The notes under the pieces: model-generated
Seen by the model: only the letters and a program-made list of their open reading frames with translations
Databases searched by the model: none
Told to the model about the DNA's origin: nothing
Assembly (NCBI GenBank): GCA_053919585.1
Contig: CM132790.1
Origin: Euprymna scolopes
Taxonomy: Eukaryota
Direction: 5' to 3' (one strand)
Length of the DNA: 64,000 bases
Made by a program: the position numbers and the translations under genes
In this document: positions 40,205 through 52,678 of the stretch, one piece after another
Position numbering within the stretch: position 1 is the stretch's first letter
Layout of the letters: each line of letters begins with the position of its first letter

Positions 40205-41202
40205 TATCGTGAATTCAAACATGGCCGGAAGTCTGTGGAAACAGCTCCCAGACTGGTCACCCCCTCCCTTCTGCCATTGATGAGGAATCTGTCTGTCAAG
40301 TTGAGGCTGCCATTTTGGAAGATCGACGCATTACTATTCGTCAAATAGCTCAAGATATCAAGATTAGTACAGGGTCTGTGGAAACTATCATTCATGAACA
40401 TTTGCATATGCATAAAGTGTCTGTCAGATGGATTCCCAGGTTGCTCACACCATTCCATTCCAGAAGCGAGAACGCGTCGAGTGCTCGAGGATGAATTTGG
40501 AGATGTGCCAAGAAGATGAGTCAAAGTTTTTTCAAAAGATTGATTACACAGGATAAAACCTGGGTTCATCACTATAATCCAGAGACCAAAGCCCAGTCAA
40601 TGCAGTGGAAGCACTTGGACTAACCACCTCCAAAGAAGACAAGGGTGCAGCCCTCCGCTAGCAAGGTCATGCTCACAGTCTTCTGGGACCAGGACGGAGT
40701 ACTGATGACAGATTTCCTGGCAAAGTGTACCACAATTACAGGAGCCTATTATACTTCACTTTTCAGGAAATTAAGGGAAGCTATCAAAATCAAGAGGCGG
40801 AGTAAGATAAGCAAAGGTACCCTCCTCCTGCAGGATAACGCTCCGGTCCACAACTCGCATTTTTTTACGCAGTCGCCAGATCAGAAGCACGGGCGTGTGG
40901 TTATGAAAACTCCCCCATCCTCCCTACTCTCCTGACCTTGCACCCTCTGACTTTCACCTCTTCCCAGCCATGAAGTTGTTTGTGAAAGGAAAGCGTTTGA
41001 AAGTCTGAAGTGACGTCGGGGTTGGAGGACCAACCTGGGGTGTTCTTCAAAAACGGTCTCCAGAGCTGCATCAAACGATGAGAGAAATGCATAACTCTGG
41101 GTGGTTCCTATGTAGAGAATGACTAATAACTGTGCTAAGTTTCGTTGCTTTACTACTACTACGGGAAGTGAGTCAGGGGCATTACTTATTGAACGCCCCT
41201 CG
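40205..41202 (+). mobile_element. mariner (DD34D) transposon, 5'-truncated, disabled
   Basis: WIPRLL, ITQDKTWVHHYNPETK, KVMLTVFWD, LLQDNAPVH, PYSPDLAPSDFHLF; right TIR …ttattgaacgcccctcg|TA. Confidence 0.92.
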
Positions 41203-41204
41203 TA

Positions 41205-43055
41205 TGTTCCCACACCGAAGTATGATAACAAGCCCCACTGATACCCATGGTTCAGTACAGATTGTGCAGCTGCCATTGCAAGACAACATGAATTTCGCCG
41301 GTTCGTACGTCATGTCAAGTAAGTAAAAATTGATAGATGCTAGAAATCATTGAGAAAAATAGTTACAGACAAAGCTGCACGGAATGCATAGAATCGTAGA
41401 AGAAAGGAACTCGTGATTTCTGGAAAATTTATAATAGTGTAATGAAAATAAAATCAATCAGTAATTCTTCTACTAACACAACAATCAGAAGGTCCCATAC
41501 ACGGAAACAGAGAAGGCATAACTGCTTGCCCAGCGATTTGACTCCAACTTAACCTTAGAACCAACAAAGAAATCACTCCTAATTTCCCTATTCGGATTGA
41601 AGCTCCAATTTATGGTCTGGAAATTATCCCTACTCATGTCTGTGATATCATAAAGGTTTAGACACCTCCAAGGTGTGTGGGCCTGATCTCATCTCTGCTA
41701 TACTAAATAAGAAACGCTTAGGAGAGCTAACCCCATACTTCCCAAATTCTACAACAATTACCTTGTTGAGTTTTGCTTTCCTAATAACTGGAAGATGTCC
41801 TCTGTCGTACCATTATAGAATAATTCTGGTGGAAGGACTGACCATATTAATTATTGTCCTATCAGAGTTCTCCCCCTCTTTGCTAAAATCTTTGAGACTT
41901 TAAGCAATCGGGCTCTAGTCTATCATCTCGCAAAAGCTAATCTTCTCTCTGACAAACAATATAAATTTTAACAATGTCATTCTACTGCAAATATTTTAAC
42001 AGTCATCTCTGAGCGCATATAACATGCATTGGATTAGGATGACGAAACCAGAGCTGTAGCCCTTAATATATTCAAGGCCTTTGACAAAGACTGGCAGGAA
42101 GGACTGTTAATAAAAATACTAAATATAAGTATATCCTTTTTTGGCAATTGGACAATCTACAGGGTGGTCAAAAAGTCAGGTAACATGTTAAAGGTAGAAA
42201 AAACAATATGATCCATTATAATCTCTATTCATTTAATATTATTTGTTTAAATATTTGAGTGTAATATATAAACTACCCCTCCTGATTTCTGGCTTTGGGG
42301 CTATGTAAAGGATAGCGTTTATGGCAAGAACCCTGATACAATAGCGTCTTTAAAGTTATTTATTGAAGAGGAGATTGCGCGGATATCAGCTGACATGATT
42401 ACACGTGTTACACAATCAGTGGTTAATCTCTTCCAGCGATTGATAGAGAGAAATGGACGACAATTAACAAAATAAACATATTTCATGTTTGTTTCATTTT
42501 ATATTTCAATGTATGGTACTTAAATATACGTGTATTGCTAATATCGTTTTTCTTTAAAATGTTACCTGACTGTTTGACCACCCTGTAGATTGTCATTCAT
42601 GAACGTACATACAAACAGCATAGAATTAATGCGGGAGTGTTTCAGGAATCGATTCTTAAACTACTATTATTCATAACCGCCCTCCCTGATAATATTGCGT
42701 TTAAGATGGGTATATTTGCTGATGATACAATGTTCTATAACATAGAAGAGGAAAGAACTAATGTACATAAATCTAAGACAATGGCAGAATCCTTAGACAA
42801 TGACCTCTAGACCGTAATGGAATGGAGTCGTTTAATTTATTGCTAGTAAGACTAAGCTTCTTTACTTTAACAAATACACGAAGCCTTTTCAACCACCGAT
42901 ATCCATGAAAAATAACTCCCTATATGAGAATTCTGTCTTACAAGGCATTGGCTTAACATTCACATGTAATATGAACTAGAATAAATGAATTGAGGACTTT
43001 GCGAATGCTGCTGAAAGGAATGTGGTTTCCCTCTACCGTGCTAGAAGACTAATCA
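41205..43055 (+). mobile_element. Older CR1/Jockey-group LINE fragment interrupted by a Tc1/mariner derivative
   Basis: PWFSTDCAAAI, KAFDKDW, INAGV.Q.SIL and FADDT remnants. Confidence 0.8.
42160..42585 (+). mobile_element. Internally deleted Tc1/mariner (maT/rosa-type) element with TIRs and TA TSD
   Basis: TIRs cagggtggtcaaaaagtcaggtaacat / atgttacctgactgtttgaccaccctg; internal PDFWLWGYVKDSVY. Confidence 0.9.
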
Positions 43056-43170
43056 GTTTCCTAAATGAATTAACAAAATATATCTTGTCTACAATCGGGA
43101 CACTATTAACATTTAAACGGAATAAGCTTATATAATTCTATTATGTGACAAAATATTTTATAATATTTTA

Positions 43171-43219
<49 letters not shown>

Positions 43220-43339
43220 GCAAATATTATAAATATAATTAAAAAGCAACGGAGACACTTTGCTTTATGATTCTTTTTTTTTTTAATTTTTCGATTTTCC
43301 ATATAATCTTTTTGTGTCAGAATCAAAAATATTAATAAA

Positions 43340-44150
43340 ATTTCCATAGTTGTTGCTGCCACGAGCGCTTTCGATTCGTCCACGAATCGTCATCAGGTGT
43401 TGAAGTAAAAGTGTGACAGAGCGAAAATGAGAATTAAAAGTGAAAACTAAAATATACAGTAAACGGCGATGAGTTTAAATATATAGAGTCGATGACAAGT
43501 CGATTAAAAACTCGAATATTAAAATCAGCAAGTTCCTGGACACCGTTAACAAAGACCGTCCAATACGAACTATGCAAGACATTTTCGAATGTTGCTGCTT
43601 TTTTCGAATGCAATATCATTTATAGTAGCTTAAGGGGTTCTAATATATGACGCTTCAAGAATGTTTAATTTTGTAATCTTATTTTAATGTTGTATAATTT
43701 TTATGTTGTCAACGAGGACCTTTCTAAGATTGGAGGGGGATACAGTTGTTCTTTTATCAAATGTTTATATATAGCATTAGTATTATTAAGATACATGGTT
43801 ATTCGCCAGGACAATATTGTCGATATATGCCCAATGTGTGTATTATTTTCGGAGTTACATTTTGCCATAAGCGTTTGAATTTATACACTAAATTGGTTTG
43901 TTCCAACGTTTTTATGGCCGGTGGAAAATTGTTTTTAATAACAAGATTTTATGTTCTAAACATTTTGTAGTAGAGATTAAATTTAATTTTAGAATTACTG
44001 TCAAAAGGCGTCAAGTATCGATGTATGATATTTTTGCTTGAATTTTCTTCGATTCTGAAGTTAAGCGTCATTTGATTTTGATAAAATATATTAATGGGGT
44101 TTTCATTGCGCTGTTGCCTAATATTATTATTATAGTTTTCAAAAGATTGT
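43340..44150 (-). mobile_element. Penelope-like element 3' part (GIY-YIG + pLTR)
   Basis: The - strand encodes TNLVYKFK, HIGHISTILSWRIT and KLNILEASYI, with a hammerhead downstream. Confidence 0.75.
43360..43399 (-). ncRNA. Minimal type I hammerhead ribozyme
   Basis: cac-CTGATGA-c-gattcg(tgga)cgaatc-GAAA-gcgc-TC-gtg; palindromic stem III AGCGCT. Confidence 0.8.
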
Positions 44151-44195
44151 AGCATTCGTTTTATTTTTACAAGATGTACAAATAAACAAAAAATA

Positions 44196-44245
44196 CTTTA
44201 TTCCGCCGAGTTTCGAAAAATTCAATCCTTCTCATAATAGGACAG
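44196..44245 (-). ncRNA. Decayed hammerhead, same family as 58195-58245
   Basis: ctgtcct-attatga-gaagg…tttc-gaaa-ctcggcgga-ata. Confidence 0.5.
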
Positions 44246-45631
44246 AGGTTTGACAAAATATACAATAAATTTCGCAGGTTAATGCATTGAAAGAAACTAC
44301 AAATATTAAAATAATCATACTTGCTCCAAAAATGTTAATAAACAGTTAGTGAAAGTTTATAGGGATGCAAAATGATTAAGAAAGCGGGAAGCGTGAAAAA
44401 GAGAAAAGGGATAAGGTAAAAATCCAAGGAATAAGAGAATAATCCAAACTTAGTCCATTGATATTCTATTGGTAATTCATAAGGAACAGGACAACAGAAT
44501 TAGAGATATCAAGGGTACATTAGAGCTTCTAGAAAAAATCAGATCATGAAGAAGTGAAGTTCCAATGTTTTTATGAAAAATTTTTTTAAGTAACGGATAA
44601 GGCCAATTTTTAAGTAACGGATAAAGCCAATAATAAGTGAAGATTCAAAAGATAGCAATAGCATATTGAAATTAATGTTGAAAAAGAGGGTTATAATAGA
44701 AATATAGAAAATGAAAAAGAAAGCGAAGAACAGAGAATAGGAAGAAAAAATAGTAAGAGGACGATAAAAGAGGGGGGGGGAAGTAACATAGACATAGTTT
44801 AGAGAAACCAGGAGTAAGAAAAGGGAAAGGGGCATATAGAGAATCATCGTTATAAGCCTATTTTTATAAATATATAAATTATATTATAATTATTAAAATA
44901 ATATAATTATAATATAAATATTATAATTATTAAATTATATATTTTTTATAATTATATTAATATAGGTCGGTTGACGTCAATTTGACCCATACGTGAAGAT
45001 AATTGTGTAGAGTAAATAATTTAGATTTATTTATTTTAAAATTCGAAAGATGTTAAAATGGTTGGGCGGTTTACAGATGATGAGAAATTGTTTAATAATG
45101 TAATGTTTATTTATAAATGTCCGTATTACATATATACGTAAACAAATGTATACATGCATGTACACGTATATTAAATAAAATAGAAAATGTACAATAATAG
45201 AGGATAAGAAATGAGACTAAAGAAGTCAACTCTCTTACAACCAATAGGAAAATACACATGTAATTATACACGTACATATATATGCTTACATACACCCACC
45301 TATAGACACATACAGACACTCAAATATTATGTATCAAACTAAAAAAAATACATATACGTAGATATACCACCAGTATAGTATACAGCAGCTCCTTTATTCT
45401 CACAAAGATAAAAAAAACAATGAATAAAGAGGAACAGAAGAAATTTCTTATCTTAAAAAATTTATAGCCTGAGGTTTAAAAGGCGAGTTAAGTAATTTAG
45501 AATTGGTTATATTTGATTTTGTTCTTATATTTACATTGGAAAAACCGTCCGCTTTTGGAATTGATTATGTTGATACTTTAGAAGACGTAATTACAATTAT
45601 TGCTTCAGATATGCAAGGGTAACAAGATTTT

Positions 45632-46440
45632 ACAAGGTACTTTAAATAAGTTTCCAGACTTTTGTATACAGAAATTAAAAATTTTCGAAGACACTTAAAC
45701 ATTCAATATGTGATTGCCATACATGTTTGGTAGATGACAGACCAACCTTTATGGTTTCAGCTTTAACTGAACAGCTACAGTAGGAATTAGAATACAGCCT
45801 ACGAAAATCTCATTGCCACAGCTGGTGAATTTCAAAAATGCAATCTGGACGTGAGGACGCCTTTTTTTTTTTACATGGGTGTCACCACTTATCAAGGCCC
45901 AGAGGCCACTCGAGGATAAGGGTTAATAGGTATTACGCCTTAGAAAAATGATATTCAATAACATTTTGTTTTAAACTTGGGAAAATGGCAAAGAAACGTA
46001 TGGAATGCTTCAGAATGTTTTTAAATAATCTTGCATGTATGGAGCATTTGTTTCGGAGTGGCAAAAGAATATCAATGGAAGAAAGGAGTCTGTGAGTGAG
46101 AAGGAGAAATGTGGGAGGAGTAAGAAAGTCATTACATTAGAGCTGATTAACCAAATAAGGACTTTTATGGATAAGGACCGCCGTGTGTCTATAGAGACAA
46201 TAAGTGCACGGGCTGATGCCATTGTGATAACCGTACGCACAATTATTAACAAAGGGGCTGAATATGCGAGAGATTTGCGCGAATATATCAGTTCACAACT
46301 CTATACTTTTGACAAACTATTAGATCAAAATGAGAATCAAACAGTTCTTTGCCCTTCATATAGTCCAGACTTTGCTCTCTGTGACGTTGGTTATTTTCTA
46401 TGCTCAAACAAAACCTTAAAAACTGATATCATCCAATGCC
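45632..46440 (+). mobile_element. Decayed mariner, same family as 52679-53602
   Basis: TIR-like aataagtttccagac, shared 5' leader (caatctggacgtgaggac), DRRVSIETIS and PSYSPDFALCD. Confidence 0.8.
45862..45934 (-). mobile_element. 73-bp LINE 3' tail inserted into the mariner
   Basis: Poly-T plus accacttatcaaggcc…gataaggg, flanked by direct repeat acgcc(tt). Confidence 0.8.
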
Positions 46441-46659
46441 AGCAAAAATATGTGACTGGAAAAAGCATATGTCTGCTAGCAATTATATAAATATGACTAT
46501 ATTAATNNNNNNNNNNNNNNNNNNNNNNNNNNNNNNNNNNNNNNNNNNNNNNNNNNNNNNNNNNNNNNNNNNNNNNNNNNNNNNNNNNNNNNNNNNNNNN
46601 NNNNNNNNNNNNNNNNNNNNNNNNNNNNNNNNNNNACATCGGTACCATATGATATAATA

Positions 46660-47375
46660 ATATTACTGTCGATAAAGTATATTTGTCGATCGTAAATTGG
46701 TTCGCTTATATCGATACCGATGTCTTTCTGACCTCCTTTAAAATTTAAAAAGCCATATATGATAATAGCAGGGTGACCCGATGATCGGGGAATGTGTCAC
46801 ACTTTTATATTTATATTGTTATGAAATCGGTGAAATCGACCATTTTTCAGTCAATTCATGGTCTGCTCTACATGAAGACCAATCGCGGTGCACCAGTAGA
46901 AAACTTACATATCTCTCGCAGCGACTTGGTTCGTAATACATTGCAATCGACATTGCACTGTAGAGAACCTACTGTTGATTTCGTATTTTTTTATATTGTG
47001 GTTTGAATGCAAAAAATGTTTAAAATGCAAATGTCAAGTATCATACTCCAATTGCGCATTTTGAATGCGCCCCTTTCATATCAAATAATTTACTGTAGAG
47101 TATATATATTGAGCCTTTCGGCTCGCACCTGTCATGTTAGGCTTTGTAAGGTGCTTATAATGGTCGAAATTGTCTGTACCTTCTTTAATTGGCTTATCTC
47201 GATTATCGATATTTATCACATACATTCCAATACAACATATATCTTAGAAGAGTAAAGTACCATCGTGTGAGATTTCATAAAAATCGGCGTAGCCGTTTAC
47301 GAGTACATTGGGAGCGAACTCACAGACACACAAACATACAGACAAACTTACTTGTATGTAGTAGTAGAGATAGAT
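46660..47375 (-). mobile_element. Non-autonomous Helitron-like (Lep1-type) element
   Basis: tttcataaaaatcgg…cagacacacaaacatacagacaaac…tagtagagat terminal architecture. Confidence 0.45.
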
Positions 47376-48676
47376 ATATTAAATTATTTATTTATACTTG
47401 GACAATTTGTTGGATTTCTTTTCCACAAGCACCACGCAGTATAAAAGCGAGATGGATGCGTACAACGTAGCAAGAGAAAAGTGCATATTTTCTTTAAATG
47501 ACACGACATTATGTAGAAACTTAAATAAAATTATGTTGTTTTATTAATTGTTATATTTACAAATTTGTTATGAAACCTTTTCATAATGATAGTAATTGCA
47601 AACTCAGAATGTATGTCATTACTAAACGCACGATATTTTTATGACAGTGGTAATGCTTATTTAAAAAAAGAAGTGTGATTTGGAATTATTCCCAGCTATG
47701 TGCTACTAACTAGCAATGATATTACTTTACTGAAGGTTTTATTAATTATTTCAAAATAGAAATACCCACGGATCTTGTGCACGTAAAAGACTATGTATAC
47801 ACACGTATCCCTATGCTGATATATTACATGACTCCCAGGAGTAGATGCATACAGGTATTATCTGGATTTATTTTCAACGTCTGTATCATATAGTGTCGTG
47901 CACCATTTTTCATTTAGATTTCGGTTGCACTTAGTGATTATGGCATATAAAAGAATGTATCAATGTACTAAGTAATACACCAACATTAAATGGACAAATG
48001 AAATCGTAATAAATATTAGGGGTGGTCTAGAAAAATTGAATTTGGTAAAGCGAGAGGAAAAAAAACTACCACTATTAAACCAATTATGTCCCCCTCTTTC
48101 CTCCTTCCTCTTCTCACTTTCTTCTCTCTTCCATCTTCTTCCCCTCTTTTCTTATCCCCATCTCCCTCCTCTTCCATCTTTCCCTTTCTTTCTTACACCT
48201 CCTATTCCCCTGCCCCTCCCCTTCACAGTTCCCTAGATGCTCAAGAAATGGCCAATAGAGCCAAGTAAATCGAAGCCTTTTCGCAGAAAGAAATAGAAAT
48301 ACTGTAATAAAACAGATAATAAAAAGAATTAAAAAATACTTTTGCTCTTATAACTCTCGGACTGGCAGCGAGCAGTAGACAGGCGAACCACACACTTGGT
48401 TAAGATAACATCTACATACGCTTTGGCCTTAAAACCTAACTCCTCAACCCCTCACCCCACCAACTCCATTCCCTAACACCAACATGAAAATGAATAAGTA
48501 CATGGGCAAATAAGTGAATAAACAAATAGAAAATAAATAAATAAACAAATCCGCACCCAATCAACCCTGTTCTCCGCACAGCTGAACTTCACCCACCTGA
48601 CCCTTTCAACAAATAAACCTTTCGTTGAGAGTTGATTTTCGTTTTTTATTAAGAATTCGACTTTTGAATATCAGCA

Positions 48677-48748
48677 TTGTTGCCTGAAGAGGTCTCTACT
48701 TACTGAAAACGAGAAGACCGAAACATGCTCATGGCTGTGTAGCAACAA
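48677..48748 (+). ncRNA. Type I hammerhead ribozyme with intact core
   Basis: Stem I ttgttgc/gcaacaa; CTGAAGA; stem II ggtct/agacc; GAAA; stem III acatgc/gc(t)gtgt; GUA cleavage triplet ending at 48741. Confidence 0.8.
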
Positions 48749-49049
48749 ATTACTGCTTATGTGAAAACAGTATATATATGGCATAATCTTGTTGAGGCAC
48801 CGATGTCGCTCAGATCACTGTAGTTAAAGTCAACAACAATGAGACTAGTCAGTATTAAAATGAGTGACTATTTCGGAATTCCAGGTGCTGAATGTGCTCT
48901 CTGCTTATCTCCGCATTGTTTTCAGTAAGTGTTAGGCTTTTTGCAAATTCAAGAGTGGTGAGGTTGTGGATTGCGCACATCTTGCATCACAGTTTCACTC
49001 GCCGCTACCCTTCAGGATGTCTACTGTGTCTTGAGATTTTACAGAGGCA

Positions 49050-49133
<84 letters not shown>

Positions 49134-49196
49134 CACACGATTCCTTTTGATACTTATTAAAGAAAATGAAATTATTCTTCTGAATTATTTTGCATC

Positions 49197-49392
49197 TTTT
49201 TTACACAGTGGTCACCACTTATCAAGGCCCGGAAGCCACTCAGCGATAAGGGTTATTGCAAGTACATTACGTTAGTGTGGAGATTTGATGAAGTGTTTAC
49301 TTAAGGGGGCGGTCCATTAGGAATTTGTTAACGTTGGACTTGAACACATCAAAGTTGTAGTCAGGTGGGAAGCAGGCAGACGGAACAGAGTT
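49197..49392 (-). mobile_element. Short 3' fragment of the CR1/Jockey-group LINE
   Basis: Near-identical to 33950-34135 and to the reverse complement of 13970-14165. Confidence 0.9.
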
Positions 49393-50246
49393 CTAGATAT
49401 CAACTTTCGTTTCTTGACTTGAGTCGATTTATATATTAACTTTCTTATTTTTCTTTTCTTTTTGTCCTGCTTTATATATATTTTATAATTGAACTTTAAT
49501 ATATATATTTTTTTAATTTTTGAAAATATTTTTTATCTTATTGAAGTTCTCTTAAAAAACATTTGAATATTTTTTATCTTTTAAAATATTTTTAAGCTTT
49601 TTATAATTTCATTTTCTCATATATTGTTTTCTAATTTTTTTTCTGTCGCTCCACTCTTTTATATTCATCATATAACTCCCGTATGTTTTTTTTTAATTCT
49701 AATGTCAATATTTTCTATTTCAAATCTGAATGTTTTCAAGGTTGATATTGTCTTGTTACTTTAACATTTGTATAATGCCACTTTTGCTTATTTCGTAACG
49801 AGATGCATTTACCTTTGAAATGTCATGATCTAAAGTGATTTCTTCATTATTTAACTTTCTATAGCCCTTATTTACTTAATAATATAGTAAATTTCCTACG
49901 CAACTTTGCTCTTTTTCTACTTAAATTATNNNNNNNNNNNNNNNNNNNNNNNNNNNNNNNNNNNNNNNNNNNNNNNNNNNNNNNNNNNNNNNNNNNNNNN
50001 NNNNNNNNNNNNNNNNNNNNNNNNNNNNNNNNNNNNNNNNNNNNNNNNNNNNNNNNNNNNNNNNNNNNNNNNNNNNNNNNNNNNNNNNNNNNNNNNNNNN
50101 NNNNNNNNNNNNNNCAAACCTATACATATATACATAATCAATTGATTTATCTTTTCATAAAATAGTTATCCACGTAAAATAAAATAGATAAAAAAACAAC
50201 AATATACTTGTATATATATGACTTTATAATTATATATGCACACACG

Positions 50247-50277
<31 letters not shown>

Positions 50278-50278
50278 G

Positions 50279-50312
<34 letters not shown>

Positions 50313-50321
50313 CATATATAC

Positions 50322-50646
50322 ATTTCCCCAAAACTCTTGCTTTGATAGAGAGGGGACTGAAACTTGCTGCTACCGTTTCAAATGATCTGAAGTTACAGCA
50401 AGTTGAGACTTGATTCTAAATATTTCTCATATGTTATATCTCTCCTCTGTTGAAAATAGGCATGATTATAAAATCTTTAATATCACATAATCCTTATATA
50501 CCGTGAAATTTACATTATAGAAGGGAGATATAACATATGATTATTATTTGGAATCATGACTCACCTTGCTTATATTACTGATCATTTGAAACCATAGCAG
50601 AAAATTTTAGTCTCATCTCCATCAAAGTCAGAGGTTTGGGGTAAAT
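50322..50646. mobile_element. Palindromic MITE-like element (~130-bp arms)
   Basis: atttccccaaaactc..ctttgat..tttcaaatgatc..catatgttatatctc is mirrored at 50515-50646. Confidence 0.75.
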
Positions 50647-50929
50647 ATTAGATATTTTCAATCCATATGCAAACATAGGGATAGAAATGACTATGGTTAC
50701 ATACATTTCTAGTCACTATGAAAAAAGAATAAAACAGGTATGATAAGTGTTTGTTTGTTTTTTCTACGTGTATTCAGTATATGCAGTCCAGAATTCCGGG
50801 ACGATGAATCCCAATATCTTACAAATACTTTGAAAAGTTTGCAATAGCTCACATATGTTGTATTAAATACAAAGAAAAAAAGCCACACGAATATTTTTCA
50901 GGATAAATAAGCGAAAATCATACAAATCT

Positions 50930-51430
50930 AATATTTCTTTAATTAATAGACATCTTTTACCTACACACATTAATATTACAATAATTTGCAACAAAACAAA
51001 CTAGGAATTTGTTTAAACAAACAAGGAATTCCAATCATACAAACCATACCAAAACTATAAAAAAAAAGATTAGAAACAGCAAAATATCTTTAGAATAAAC
51101 TAATTCCTAATGCAGACGTATACACTGTTCCTTGTAAAATTGGCATCATATATACGTTAGTAAAACCCAACGTAGATTAGGGGAATGCTCAGTGAACAAA
51201 AAAGACATATAACAAATAGCAATTCTCTAAATGCATTATTCTCTCATTCATTGCAGCATAATCATACTTTTGGTGTCTAAAAAGCAAAAATAGTTAAAAT
51301 TAATTCAAATAAATCACGACAGAGATTTCTTTAATCCGCGCTTATGCAAATTAAAGCACAATTAAACAACGTAGAGATTTCTATAATGTATCGCTATATA
51401 TAAATAAACTACTATTAAAAGATCATAATT
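50930..51430 (+). mobile_element. Penelope-like GIY-YIG remnant
   Basis: DVYTVPCK…IYVSKTQRRLGE.LSE.KR (GIY-YIG type). Confidence 0.6.
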
Positions 51431-51622
51431 TAATCTTAGACAGAGATTAACTCTCTCTCACCATGTAATACACCACATATAATAATTAACTCATATAATC
51501 CGCCAATGAACTACATGACAAAAAAATACACTCATTTATGTTACGCCTCCATATTTAATTATAACAGACATTATTGTTCTAATAAGAATATGAATTGCAT
51601 CACATCTTTTAAATATATTAAC

Positions 51623-51864
51623 ATTCGGGACAAGATCAAAGTGTAGTATCTGTTCCGGCAGATGCTGCAAGCTATGACTAGCTATGACTAGCTATGACTA
51701 GCAAAGACCAGATGTGGGGGCAACCCCACATGCCTGACCTTTAACCAGCTCCCATTTCCCACCTCTCGGGAGCTGGTCCCCTTTTTCCCTTCCCCCTCCC
51801 TTCACTCCTCACATTAAAAATTGGCCTTGTGCCTAATTTGCTCGGTGGGGGAGCAAATAAATAC
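51623..51864 (+). mobile_element. U2 snRNA-headed short retroposon with 20-bp TSD
   Basis: TSD catcttttaaatatattaac at 51603-22 and 51865-84; head aagatcaaagtgtagtatctgttc (U2); GC-rich hairpin body; aaataaata end. Confidence 0.8.
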
Positions 51865-52532
51865 CATCTTTTAAATATATTAACGGCTATATGACGTTAT
51901 AAAAATATATATTACTCTCTTTCACAATGTTATACCTTTTGTGAATTTCCAACGAATTTTTCGTTTCTGAAACAAAAAGATGTCATACATTTCATTACAT
52001 CAAAAATATATTTTCAAATATTCTACTGGTATTTTATTTTCTTAATTTATTTCATCTAGAAGAAGTCTTACAATAAAGATGAACACATACCTTGGTTTGT
52101 TCTTTTTTATCTCTCTATATCCTCGGAATTANNNNNNNNNNNNNNNNNNNNNNNNNNNNNNNNNNNNNNNNNNNNNNNNNNNNNNNNNNNNNNNNNNNNN
52201 NNNNNNNNNNNNNNNNNNNNNNNNNNNNNNNNNNNNNNNNNNNNNNNNNNNNNNNNNNNNNAAGTTTAATATATTTGCATTTCCATAGCGATTTGATTCC
52301 GTACGAGACTGCCAATGGAAGATACATTTCTTATAAAATGTGTGTGTATATTATATATTTATGTGTTAACTGAGTAAATGAGAAATGCAAATATATGAAA
52401 CAATAACAGATATATTTTTGAGGAATTTTAAAATATAACTTCGTGCTGTTAACACTTATTACACTCATAAGTCTAATAGTAATTCGCATATTTATTTTAA
52501 GAGTTTAATCTAGCATTTAAATATTAAAATGT

Positions 52533-52568
<36 letters not shown>

Positions 52569-52678
52569 AAAAGCTTAAAGACTCGTTCATTAGTTTAAGA
52601 TATTTTAATATATAAACATACTTAACTTCATTGATATACCCTTTATCCTTAGACATGCCTAATGTTATATCTACATAC

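Noticed and set aside
51670-51702. (gctatgacta)x3 as branch-point mimics pairing with the U2 head
   Set aside because: The units do not fit the CURAY/UACUAAC consensus well enough, so they were treated as slippage.
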